Source of the DNA: an uncultured Pseudobdellovibrionaceae bacterium | Lineage (GTDB): Bacteria; Bdellovibrionota; FAC87; UBA2466 | DNA: 64,000 nt | NCBI GenBank assembly: GCA_964396165.1 | Contig: CAYNEF010000006.1 | Location: forward strand, 3,505-67,504 | Direction of reading: 5' to 3' | Shown: positions 38,177 through 46,891 of the stretch, in pieces | Layout: each line of letters begins with the position of its first letter | Numbering within the stretch: position 1 is the stretch's first letter | Position numbers and translations under genes: made by a program | The notes under the pieces: model-generated | Databases searched by the model: none | Told to the model about the DNA's origin: nothing | Seen by the model: only the letters and a program-made list of their open reading frames with translations

Positions 38177-38722
38177 ATGAAACAGGCCTTATTATTTAAA
38201 GATAAGAAAACATCACTAGAGTTTGGTGGAAGCCTTTTAAAGGGAAAAAGAAAAGGCAAAAGGCCCATTACACTTTCAAAGCCTTTACATCTAGTGATGC
38301 GAAGTGATGTAGCGGTAGGAAAGTTATCACTTAGACGCTTTCAGCTTTTGATAAATGTCAGACTTGAGAGTTATGCTTTAAAGTTTCATATCAAAGTGTA
38401 CAAACTAGCTATTAATAGAAATCACCTGCATCTTTGCATCCAAGGGCAGGACAGAGAAGAAATAGCTTCTTTTTTAAAAGTCTTTGCGGGGATTCTAGCG
38501 AAGAAAATCATCGCGCATTCCAATTTGAAGATAAAGAAGTTTTGGACGGAAAGGGTCTTCTCTCGCGTTGTGCAGTGGGGACAAGACTTTAGAGGAGTCA
38601 AAGCCTACATCTATCAAAACATCCTAGAAGCAAGTGGGGCCGTCCCCTACAAGCCGAGAAAGAGGAGAGCGAAAAAGCATCCGAGTGCATCGAGATTGCC
38701 GCGGCCTTCGGCCTCGCAATGA
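38177..38722 (+). CDS. REP-associated tyrosine transposase (RAYT), IS200/IS605-like HUH/Y1 family
   Basis: 181 aa; HUH motif NRNHLHLCIQG, catalytic Tyr context VKAYIYQNILEA, basic N-terminus; flanked by REP copies, and the last codons and TGA stop lie inside a REP. Confidence 0.75.
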   Translation: MKQALLFKDKKTSLEFGGSLLKGKRKGKRPITLSKPLHLVMRSDVAVGKLSLRRFQLLINVRLESYALKFHIKVYKLAINRNHLHLCIQGQDREEIASFLKVFAGILAKKIIAHSNLKIKKFWTERVFSRVVQWGQDFRGVKAYIYQNILEASGAVPYKPRKRRAKKHPSASRLPRPSASQ

Positions 38723-38723
38723 C
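38695..38723 (+). repeat. REP core copy (ATTGCCGCGGCCTTCGGCCTCGCAATGAC)
   Basis: 29/29 match to the reverse complement of the copy at 37901-37929; imperfect hairpin around a CTTCG loop. Confidence 0.9.
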
Positions 38724-38728
38724 TGGGC

Positions 38729-39775
38729 TCACCCTATGCGAAACTTGGCCTCTGGGAAGCTTTCAATGATCTCTGGACCAAATGCGAGCGAAGGCGTGTA
38801 GCAACCGCCGGGGATTTCGAGTTTTAGAAGGCGTTGCACTGACGTAACCGCTGTGAGTGCGGTGAAATGGTAAGCCTCACAAACATCCAGTGTAGCTTCT
38901 TTACTTTCGCCTTTAGCATTTTTAACTCTGCCCCAAAGATGTACTTTGCCTTTTGCCTGATCTTCTTTTGTAGGACCTTTCACAAATTTTTCGATGAGTT
39001 TTTTTAATGTCTCTTGAACAAGAGGGATTTGTGTAATTCCCGCTACTTTTTCTAATACTTGTCTGCCTTTCACGAGCAACTCTGGTGCTTGTGCATAGAC
39101 TGTAATGTTGGGAATTCCCGTAGAGTAATAAGCTGTACTCACATCTCCCCAAGCAGCTACAGTTACTCGCAATTTTCGATCGCTGAAACGTGCCTCAATG
39201 GATTTAGAAAGGGCACGGATGTCTGTAATTACCCCGTCTTCTCTTATTCTGCTCCCTCGCGATAAATTTTCTATTATCGTTTTAGAAGTTCCTGGACTTA
39301 ATTTCCCCCAACCGTGAAAGGCGAGTTCCAAATGCGTTGCATCTGGTAACGCTTTTTTCAAAAGTGCTGCAAGACAATCAGACGGCAACACGTCGAAGCC
39401 CACCCCGGGAACCACGATACAGTTTTTATCCTGTGCTTCTTTTTTTCGTTTAAAAATAGCTTCAAAAACATCAATCTCACCAGTGATATCCAGATAATGA
39501 ATTCCACTATCAAGACAGGCATTCAGCATAGGAAGACTGGTTTTGGAAAAAGGGCCGGCACAGTGGAGTACAGCTTTGACCTCTTTAATCCCTTTTACTA
39601 TTTCCTCATGCTTATCGAGAGAAAAAACTTTATAGGAAACGCCATATTCTGTAGCCAGTTTTTTTAAGACTTCTTCATTTCGTCCTGCAATGACCGGCTT
39701 TTCTCCTCTTGCCGCGGCTTCTTGGAGGATCAATTTCCCTGTGTAACCAGTAGCTCCATATAACATCCAGCTCAT
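38729..39775 (-). CDS. saccharopine dehydrogenase-like NAD(P)-binding oxidoreductase
   Basis: 348 aa; N-terminal MLYGATGYTGKLI Rossmann motif and overall Sacchrp_dh-like layout. Confidence 0.7.
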   Translation of the reverse strand: MSWMLYGATGYTGKLILQEAAARGEKPVIAGRNEEVLKKLATEYGVSYKVFSLDKHEEIVKGIKEVKAVLHCAGPFSKTSLPMLNACLDSGIHYLDITGEIDVFEAIFKRKKEAQDKNCIVVPGVGFDVLPSDCLAALLKKALPDATHLELAFHGWGKLSPGTSKTIIENLSRGSRIREDGVITDIRALSKSIEARFSDRKLRVTVAAWGDVSTAYYSTGIPNITVYAQAPELLVKGRQVLEKVAGITQIPLVQETLKKLIEKFVKGPTKEDQAKGKVHLWGRVKNAKGESKEATLDVCEAYHFTALTAVTSVQRLLKLEIPGGCYTPSLAFGPEIIESFPEAKFRIG

Positions 39776-40512
39776 TCATGCTCCTTTGGAGGGTTTAACA
39801 AACTCGCAAAAAAATGTTCGAATAATTGAAAAGAAAATGGGTCGAGCGGAATGGTCAGATCTTTCGCCGTAAGGACTTCATTTTTTAAAGAAAATGTTTG
39901 TTGAATATAAGTATGTAAATCCATCCCTTTTTCAAAGCCCTTTTTAAATTCGAGCACTATGTTTTGCAGTTCTGCAATCACCTTTTTCTCTTCAGGGAAA
40001 ATGCATTTTCTAGCAGTTTGCTCGAGCATCAAAGTCCACCATTCGGTAGAAACTTCTGCTATGAAGATGGGTACTCGCTTAAAAAGAATGAAGTGCTGGT
40101 CTAATTTATGGTGCTGGAGTTTTAAATTGCGAGGGGGTAAAAAAGTCCCCCACTGTAATCCAGCTACCCGAGAGAGTCCTTTAACAACAGTTTTTAAACG
40201 GGATTGGCTTTGAGTATCGCGTCTATATTGCTCGATTCCTTCCGACAAGCGCAAAAGGCTTGTGGCTGCCCGATTTTTAATCTTCGCTTTTTCATTTTCA
40301 AAGGCGCTTTCAAGCCCCAGCTTTTTCTTTTCTTCTCTCCAATCGCTTACAAGCTTGAGAAACTGTGTTTTGAAGGTAGGGACAGTCTCTTTGATACGAG
40401 GGTTCTCGGTAATATGCTTTCTGACGATGCGGATGAGGTGGACATGGCCCTGATCTTCAATCGTTTTTTTTAAATGTTTTATAGCTCCCAGCGTTGATTC
40501 TTTTGCGTTCAT
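39772..40512 (-). CDS. hypothetical cytoplasmic protein
   Basis: 246 aa, helical, no motif; ATGA overlap with the downstream oxidoreductase. Confidence 0.5.
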   Translation of the reverse strand: MNAKESTLGAIKHLKKTIEDQGHVHLIRIVRKHITENPRIKETVPTFKTQFLKLVSDWREEKKKLGLESAFENEKAKIKNRAATSLLRLSEGIEQYRRDTQSQSRLKTVVKGLSRVAGLQWGTFLPPRNLKLQHHKLDQHFILFKRVPIFIAEVSTEWWTLMLEQTARKCIFPEEKKVIAELQNIVLEFKKGFEKGMDLHTYIQQTFSLKNEVLTAKDLTIPLDPFSFQLFEHFFASLLNPPKEHE

Positions 40513-40539
40513 CTCACTCTTGATCTACCATGGTTTGCC

Positions 40540-41556
40540 ATGAAAAAGACAGGGATCTTGCTTGTAAATATTGGAACGCCGAAGAACCCCGAGCCAGAGG
40601 CCGTTGGGAAGTACCTCACCGAATTCTTAATGGACCCGTATGTGATCGATATTCCGTGGCTCTTGCGGTGGTTCCTCGTCAACGTTTTGATCGTCCCCAG
40701 AAGAAAAAAAGCGTCAAGCATACTTTATAAAAAAGTATGGACGGAGAAGGGGTCTCCACTCATGCATTTTAGTTTAAGCTTTGCAGAAAAGTTGCAGCGG
40801 ATGCTAGGCGATTCTTATGTAGTCAGGATGGGCATGCGTTACGGGACTCCCAGCATTGCAACGGCTCTTGCTGAAATGGCAGAAAAACATGTTGAGGAGC
40901 TCATCCTCGTGCCCTTGTATCCCCAGTTTTCTTACGCAGCAACAACCTCGTCCATCGAGAAGACCAACGCACTTGTGAAAGATTATTTGGGAGATATAAA
41001 AGTAAAAGTTGTCCCTCCCTTTTTTAAAGATCAAAACTTTTTGACCAGTTTCGAAAATGTAGCGAAAGAACATATTGAAAAAAGAGATTGGGACAAAATT
41101 CTTTTTTCTTTCCACGGTTTGCCTGAGAGACAAGTAAAACGAACTGATCCTACAGGCTTACATTGCCGAGCAGACCATTCTTGTTGTGTAGAAGTGCACG
41201 AAAAAAATCAGGATTGCTATCGTACCCAATGCTACGAAACGGCAAGGCAACTTGCAGTGCGATTGAATTTAAAAGAGGAGCAATACCTTGTCGCATTCCA
41301 ATCACGCCTGGGTAGAACACCCTGGATTAAACCCCATTCAGATGAGTACTACCGTACTCTGCCGAAAGAAGGGGTAAAAAAACTCCTCGTTATCTCTCCC
41401 TCTTTTGTGACTGACTGTTTAGAGACATTAGAGGAAATACAAATTCGAGGGAAAGAAGAGTTTTGCCAAAATGGGGGTGAAGAACTCACTTTGGTCCCCT
41501 CACTGAACGATTCAGATCATTGGATAGAAAATTTTAAGAAAATGGTTTTAAGCTAA
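40540..41556 (+). CDS. hemH: ferrochelatase
   Basis: 338 aa; GILLVNIGTP, PLYPQFS, FSFHGLPE, SPSFVTDCLETLEE. Confidence 0.9.
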   Translation: MKKTGILLVNIGTPKNPEPEAVGKYLTEFLMDPYVIDIPWLLRWFLVNVLIVPRRKKASSILYKKVWTEKGSPLMHFSLSFAEKLQRMLGDSYVVRMGMRYGTPSIATALAEMAEKHVEELILVPLYPQFSYAATTSSIEKTNALVKDYLGDIKVKVVPPFFKDQNFLTSFENVAKEHIEKRDWDKILFSFHGLPERQVKRTDPTGLHCRADHSCCVEVHEKNQDCYRTQCYETARQLAVRLNLKEEQYLVAFQSRLGRTPWIKPHSDEYYRTLPKEGVKKLLVISPSFVTDCLETLEEIQIRGKEEFCQNGGEELTLVPSLNDSDHWIENFKKMVLS

Positions 41557-41587
41557 ATAACTGCAAATACCTTAGGCAATCAGGAAA

Positions 41588-41803
41588 TTAGATTTTGATG
41601 TGGAGGTTTTGCCCAATTCTGCTTGTGGAGATTAAACTCCCGGTGTCGGAAAACATCGGAGAAGATTCTTTTTGTGCGAATATAGGGTTGGGTTCATTTG
41701 CGCGAGTGTTCTTTTCTGGCCACTCGGGTGCAGAGGGATACTTCTTTTCAAACAAACTGCTACCGTAAAAACTAGTATTATCGTCTCCCAGTGTTCTAAT
41801 CAT
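41588..41803 (-). CDS. small hypothetical protein (71 aa), paralog B
   Basis: GAAGGTGA RBS directly upstream; C-terminus TGSLISTSRIGQNLHIKI shared with the neighbour. Confidence 0.6.
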   Translation of the reverse strand: MIRTLGDDNTSFYGSSLFEKKYPSAPEWPEKNTRANEPNPIFAQKESSPMFSDTGSLISTSRIGQNLHIKI

Positions 41804-41834
41804 GATTCACCTTCTTCTAGGAAGTAGGCCACAC

Positions 41835-42050
41835 TTAAATTTTAATATTAAGTATTTGGCCGCTACGACTTGGAAAGTGCATATTACCCGTTTGGGTAAA
41901 CACTGCTCCCATGGAGCCTGAACCACCGGATGGGGCGTAAAGCTTTGCTAAAGCATCGCCTTTACTTGCATTGTTCTGGCTTTGGACTCTGTTAGACAAA
42001 GCCTGCGGCCAGAAAACATTGCCTGGATTTTCACCCATGGCACTAATCAT
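41835..42050 (-). CDS. small hypothetical protein (71 aa), paralog A
   Basis: AGAAGGTG RBS directly upstream; C-terminus TGNMHFPSRSGQILNIKI. Confidence 0.6.
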   Translation of the reverse strand: MISAMGENPGNVFWPQALSNRVQSQNNASKGDALAKLYAPSGGSGSMGAVFTQTGNMHFPSRSGQILNIKI

Positions 42051-42293
42051 TTAACACCTTCTTTCAACGTTCTACGTGACTAACAACTATAGTATGCCAT
42101 AAAGAAGTTAAAGAAATATGCTGCTGATAAGTACTTGTTACTTATTAATTATTTAGATTTTATTAGGCCAAAACAGTGACGAAAATATACAGGCGTCACA
42201 ATTAAAGATTCGAACTCCACAATTTCTTTTGGAGTTTTGGCCCTCTCCTTTTATAGGGTTTCCTTTGCGAGAAAAGTCGTTAAACTTTCACAA

Positions 42294-43661
42294 ATGGATA
42301 GGAAATCTTTAGTTGATGAGCAGCGTCATTATTTCAATAGTTTTAAAACCCGCTCTTTGGATTTTAGAAGAAAAAATTTAAGACGACTGGCTGATTGGAT
42401 TATGGCCAGCGAAACAGAAATCCACGAGGCTTTGCATGCCGACTTAAACAAGGGAGTGACTGAAGCATACATGACAGAGACTGCACTTTGTCTCGATGAA
42501 ATAAAATATGCTGAGAAGCATTTAAAATCCTGGATGAAACCAAAAAAGGTAAAGACGTCTTTCGTACAGATGCCCGGCAAAAGTTATATCTACCCGGAAC
42601 CTTTGGGGGTTGTTCTCATCATTGGTCCTTGGAATTATCCTTTTCAATTACTGATTGCTCCTCTTGTCGCCGCAATCGCAGCGGGAAATTGTGTAGTGAT
42701 AAAACCTAGCGAGCTTGCGCCGAAAACATCGGCGCTTGTCGCGCGAATGTGCAAAGAACTTTTCGATAAAGCTTATGTGAGTGTCGTGGAAGGGGACGCA
42801 AACGCGTCTACAGCTTTGCTTCAGCAAAAGTGGGATCACATCTTTTTTACCGGCGGTACAAAAATTGGGCAAATTGTAATGGAAGCTGCGGCAAAAAATT
42901 TAACCCCCGTGACTTTGGAATTGGGAGGGAAAAGTCCCTGTATTGTCGACGGTGAATGCGATCTGGAAGTAACGGTAAAGCGCATCATCTGGGGCAAATT
43001 CATGAATGCAGGACAGACTTGTGTTGCACCAGACTACGTTCTACTCCCTGCGGGAATGCAAGGGAAGTTTGTAGAGCTTGCAAAAAATGAAATCAAACGC
43101 TTTTTCGGAGAAGATCCTAAAAAAAGCGAAGATTACGCGCGCATTATTTCCGAAAAGCATTTAAAGCGGCTCGAAGGATTATTGAAAGGGCCCAAAGTTG
43201 CTGTGGGAGGTATTGTGGATGAGTCCACCAAGTATTTTTCTCCGACACTTCTTACTGAAGTCGATTGGTCACACGCCGTCATGCAAGATGAAATCTTTGG
43301 TCCTCTTCTTCCTCTTATCGAGTATGGCACACTGGAAGAAGTAATTAAAATTGTAAACTCGCACCCAAAACCCTTGGCACTTTATTTCTTTTCGACCGAC
43401 GAGAGTAGGGTAAAAGAAGTCTTAACAAAGTGTTCATTCGGCGGCGGCTGTATAAATGATGTGTTAATGCATTTGGGTAACCCGCGTCTTCCCTTTGGGG
43501 GCGTGGGCCCGAGCGGAATGGGCGCCTATCACGGGGAATATGGTTTTGAGGTTTTTTCCCACAAGAAGAGCGTAGTTCACCGTAAATTTGCCTTTGATCT
43601 TCCCTTGCGCTATCCACCCTATAAGGACAAGTTGAAACTTTTGAAGAAAATTTTGGGGTAG
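42294..43661 (+). CDS. NAD(P)-dependent aldehyde dehydrogenase (class 3-like)
   Basis: ELGGKSP, GQTCVAPDY catalytic Cys context, EIFGP; start set at ATG 42294 (MDRKS) rather than TTG 42237. Confidence 0.85.
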   Translation: MDRKSLVDEQRHYFNSFKTRSLDFRRKNLRRLADWIMASETEIHEALHADLNKGVTEAYMTETALCLDEIKYAEKHLKSWMKPKKVKTSFVQMPGKSYIYPEPLGVVLIIGPWNYPFQLLIAPLVAAIAAGNCVVIKPSELAPKTSALVARMCKELFDKAYVSVVEGDANASTALLQQKWDHIFFTGGTKIGQIVMEAAAKNLTPVTLELGGKSPCIVDGECDLEVTVKRIIWGKFMNAGQTCVAPDYVLLPAGMQGKFVELAKNEIKRFFGEDPKKSEDYARIISEKHLKRLEGLLKGPKVAVGGIVDESTKYFSPTLLTEVDWSHAVMQDEIFGPLLPLIEYGTLEEVIKIVNSHPKPLALYFFSTDESRVKEVLTKCSFGGGCINDVLMHLGNPRLPFGGVGPSGMGAYHGEYGFEVFSHKKSVVHRKFAFDLPLRYPPYKDKLKLLKKILG

Positions 43662-43663
43662 AA

Positions 43664-44221
43664 ATGAAAACGCTAACCGTTCTTTTTTTAGTCGGGATAA
43701 CTTTGAGTTTACAGGCGAAAGAAATCGCAGGAGTTAAATTCAGTGATACGGTCAATGTCGGCAGGGCAAATCTGACATTAAATGGAGTGGGATTAAGAAC
43801 TGCTACGATTTTTTCTGTAAAAGTGTATGCAGCAGGATTGTATCTAGCGCAACCTTCACATGACGCTGAAAAAATAATGGAAGCACAGTGGCCAGTTCAA
43901 TTGCAGATGGAATTTTTAAGAAACGTGAAAAGCGCGGACATTGCAGATGCCTGGGACAAATCGTTTAAAGAAAATTGCTTAAAAGAATGCGAAAAGTTGG
44001 AGCCTCGGTTATATCTTTTAAAACAAATGATGCCTTCTGTGAAAAAAGGGGATCGGATGATTTACACTTTCCAGGAAAGTGGCGTAGAGATTTCTTTGAA
44101 CGGTAAAACGTTGGGGGATGTAGCGCGCGCAGATTTTTCCCGCTTTTTACTTTCTACGTGGTTCGGGAAAAAACCGCCCACTGAAGACTTGAAAAAAGGG
44201 CTTTTAGGTTTGACTCCCTGA
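43664..44221 (+). CDS. secreted chalcone-isomerase-like family protein
   Basis: 185 aa; signal peptide; LTLNGVGLRTATIFSVKVYAAGLYL matches the CHI-like family core. Confidence 0.65.
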   Translation: MKTLTVLFLVGITLSLQAKEIAGVKFSDTVNVGRANLTLNGVGLRTATIFSVKVYAAGLYLAQPSHDAEKIMEAQWPVQLQMEFLRNVKSADIADAWDKSFKENCLKECEKLEPRLYLLKQMMPSVKKGDRMIYTFQESGVEISLNGKTLGDVARADFSRFLLSTWFGKKPPTEDLKKGLLGLTP

Positions 44222-45243
44222 TGTCTTTCTCAAATCTCATTCAGAATATAAACGAGTCTGGTCTTGTTTTTTTAGGGGAAAGCTCGCTGGATCTGGATTT
44301 AGACTTCGAGCGGTTTCAAAAGTGGCTGTCGGATTCGAAACATGCAGGCATGCAATTTTTGGAAAAATACGATGACATACGGCGAGACCCAAAAAAACTT
44401 TTGCCCGAAGCAAACTCCGCCTGTGTCGTCGGTCTTGCTTACGATCAAGGCGATCACTGGCCAATGTCAGATCTCGAATCTCCGCGAGTGGCACAGTACG
44501 CGAGATTTCGCGACTACCACAAACTCTTCAAAGAAAAGGTGGAAAAAGTATTTTTTGAGTATGCTGCAAAAACACCAGACTTTAAATACCGCGTTTGCGT
44601 GGATACAGCCCCTCTTTTAGAAAGAGCATTGGCTGCGAAAGCGGGAAAAGGATTTATAGGTAAAAATACCTGCTACATCCATGAGTCTCACGGCAGCCTG
44701 CTTCTTCTTGCCGTTGTTCTTTCCAACTCCCCTAACCCAAAAAAAGAAGACGGTGCTAAAGACGGTTGCAACACGTGTACGTTGTGTCAGGTAGCCTGTC
44801 CTACGGGCGCTTTGAATGAAGACTACACAATCGATTCGAGAAAATGTTTGTCTTATTGGACAATAGAACACAGAGGAGAAATCCCGTTAGAATACTGGCC
44901 GCATCTAGCAAAATATTATTTTGGTTGCGACATCTGCCAGATAGTTTGTCCTTATAATCAAGAAGCGCGGGAAAATAGATTGAGCGCAAAAATTGAGACG
45001 CGGTCTTATCCGGACTTGCCAACTGTCGCATTGATGGGTGAGGGGGAATATGAAAAATATTTCGGCGGGACTCCACTTACTCGAGCAAAACGCACTGGAC
45101 TCAGACGCAATGCTTTGATTGCGATGACGGTCATGCGACACCCAGAACTGTCTCGAGTCTTAAACGCATTTTCAGAGGAATCTGATCCTGTTTTAGTTGC
45201 GACAAAGAGAACTGCTGAGGGGTATTTAAAAGTTCTATTTTAG
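44221..45243 (+). CDS. queG: epoxyqueuosine reductase
   Basis: 340 aa; CNTCTLCQVACPTGA and CDICQIVCPYN 4Fe-4S motifs, GFIGKNT, C-terminal HEAT-like tail. Confidence 0.85.
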   Translation: MSFSNLIQNINESGLVFLGESSLDLDLDFERFQKWLSDSKHAGMQFLEKYDDIRRDPKKLLPEANSACVVGLAYDQGDHWPMSDLESPRVAQYARFRDYHKLFKEKVEKVFFEYAAKTPDFKYRVCVDTAPLLERALAAKAGKGFIGKNTCYIHESHGSLLLLAVVLSNSPNPKKEDGAKDGCNTCTLCQVACPTGALNEDYTIDSRKCLSYWTIEHRGEIPLEYWPHLAKYYFGCDICQIVCPYNQEARENRLSAKIETRSYPDLPTVALMGEGEYEKYFGGTPLTRAKRTGLRRNALIAMTVMRHPELSRVLNAFSEESDPVLVATKRTAEGYLKVLF

Positions 45244-45245
45244 AC

Positions 45246-45279
45246 AAAAAAAAGGGAGATCCATATGGATCTCCCTTTT
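45246..45279. terminator. bidirectional rho-independent terminator
   Basis: AAAAAAAA-GGGAGATCCATATGGATCTCCC-TTTT; perfect 22-nt palindrome flanked by an A-run and a T-run between convergent genes. Confidence 0.85.
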
Positions 45280-45297
45280 CTGAAAGATAAGTAAGAA

Positions 45298-46365
45298 TTA
45301 AAGCTTAGGCATCCAGGTACCTTCAGTACCTGCAAGACAGTTGTCTCTCAATTCTTTCAATTCTGCGAGAGTAAGGCCTTTTGTAGCAAGCCCTTTAACC
45401 ATTTCGTTATTTGCAATTTCGTGAGCTTCCCATACTGTGCTGCCGGATTTAATCGCAGCAAGAAATGGATTTGCAAATAATTGCGCTGTGACAGCAAGAC
45501 CATCGACTACGCTCTGAGCGTCTTTACCTTCTTTTAGGTATTCTTTGATTTTGCTGATTTGTCCTTCGAGTGCTGTTGGATTTCTGTGGTACAGCATCAT
45601 CAGGTTAGCAAGCATATCTTTTCCCATGTTTTCTTTTCCGGGAAGATTGTTTGGCACTTTCGCAATTGCAGCCATGATGTCAGCATCAGAAGTGAATTTT
45701 TTGATAGCTTCTTTTGCTGCTTCTAAAGACTGGCCTCTAGCAAGAGTTTCTTCTCCAATAACTACCAGGGCTTCTTTTAATCTGTCGACTTGAGAAGCTT
45801 CCAATCCTTTGATTCCATCTACTAGTTCGTTGATGAACTTATTCACGGATGGGTTAGTAGATTTGATAGAGACTTTTCCATCTACACCTTTTTCAGTCAC
45901 TTTCAATACGTCTTCTACTTTTTTGAAAGTGCTTTCGAATTGCTTCTTGAGTTTTAATTCGGCTTTTTTCTCTTCAAGCTTTTGTCGGGCAATTTCATTA
46001 GTGAGAGTATCTTCTGTGGCTTCCGCTCTTCCTACTTTGCCTGCAACTTCTGCAGCTTTTTGAGACGCATCCACATCATGTGGGCCGCGAGCTTTTACAA
46101 CAGGGGCACTTCTTTCTTTGTCTTTATCTTGCTCACGTTCGCGAACTTCTACTTTAACCCCTTTTTCTTCGGCGCTATTTGCTCCTTTTTGAACTTTTTC
46201 TCTTACTCTTTCTCTTTCTTGAGCAGGAGTGACACCTGGTTGTTCTTCTACTTTACCTCCGCGGCCTTTGCTAACTTCTACGGCATTTACGGTGGGCGCG
46301 ATAAGCGCTAAGGATGCGAGTACTGCCAACACGGTTGTTTTATTTTTCATGTTCAAGGGTTTCAT
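45298..46365 (-). CDS. secreted K/E-rich hypothetical protein
   Basis: Start set at ATG 46365 (AGGAG RBS 11 nt upstream; MKPLNMKNKTTVLAVLASLALIAPTVNA signal peptide); no motif. Confidence 0.6.
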   Translation of the reverse strand: MKPLNMKNKTTVLAVLASLALIAPTVNAVEVSKGRGGKVEEQPGVTPAQERERVREKVQKGANSAEEKGVKVEVREREQDKDKERSAPVVKARGPHDVDASQKAAEVAGKVGRAEATEDTLTNEIARQKLEEKKAELKLKKQFESTFKKVEDVLKVTEKGVDGKVSIKSTNPSVNKFINELVDGIKGLEASQVDRLKEALVVIGEETLARGQSLEAAKEAIKKFTSDADIMAAIAKVPNNLPGKENMGKDMLANLMMLYHRNPTALEGQISKIKEYLKEGKDAQSVVDGLAVTAQLFANPFLAAIKSGSTVWEAHEIANNEMVKGLATKGLTLAELKELRDNCLAGTEGTWMPKL

Positions 46366-46891
46366 TTTATTTTTATCTCCTAAGATTAAATTTTGCTTCA
46401 AACTTGTGCCCACACTTTGAAATAGCAAACTACGTACCGTTAAAAAAAGTGGGGGAAGACCAGTTGTATACGACGAAAAAGCAATACAAATATTTTATAA
46501 CAGTTTCATTCTTTTGTGCGTATTTTGTTAATAGGTACAAGTACTTCACTTGTATTTTAGAGCGATTCTATTTTTGCAACGCGCAACAACTCTACAGCAT
46601 ATTTGCTGTCGAAACTTTTTACAGTAATAACCAAAGTGACGAATGTTAGTATCATTACCTTTTATTTATGGATATCAATAGTTTAAGTGTTTAATCTGCA
46701 GAAACACGAAAGTATCGACCATTAGTTTTGCATGTTGTACTGCGTAAAACATTTTGGCGATTGATCATTTTCCTCATGAGCATACTGAAATCACATATAA
46801 AAAAAATGGACTCAAGATTGTGGTGATTGTGAATACTGCCGGCATACGCATTGCACAATAAGAGGCTAAGAATCTTATTTGAGGTACATAC

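Noticed and set aside
40513-40539. Only 27 bp between the divergent start codons of the 39772-40512 gene and hemH
   Set aside because: This probably means the promoters lie inside the neighbouring coding regions or one start is mis-assigned. No specific element is visible in the 27 bp.
42127-42145. 7-5-7 inverted repeat ATAAGTA-cttgt-TACTTAT, which shares the palindrome AAGTACTT with the 46536-46554 repeat
   Set aside because: Two occurrences of an AT-rich 8-mer palindrome in 64 kb of AT-rich DNA are about what chance predicts. I cannot claim a common operator.
45545-46649. Several plus-strand ORFs (82-111 aa) opposite or upstream of the 45298-46365 gene
   Set aside because: They are F/S-rich mirror frames of a K/E-rich gene. 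The 46314-46649 ORF runs through AT-rich intergenic DNA without an RBS.
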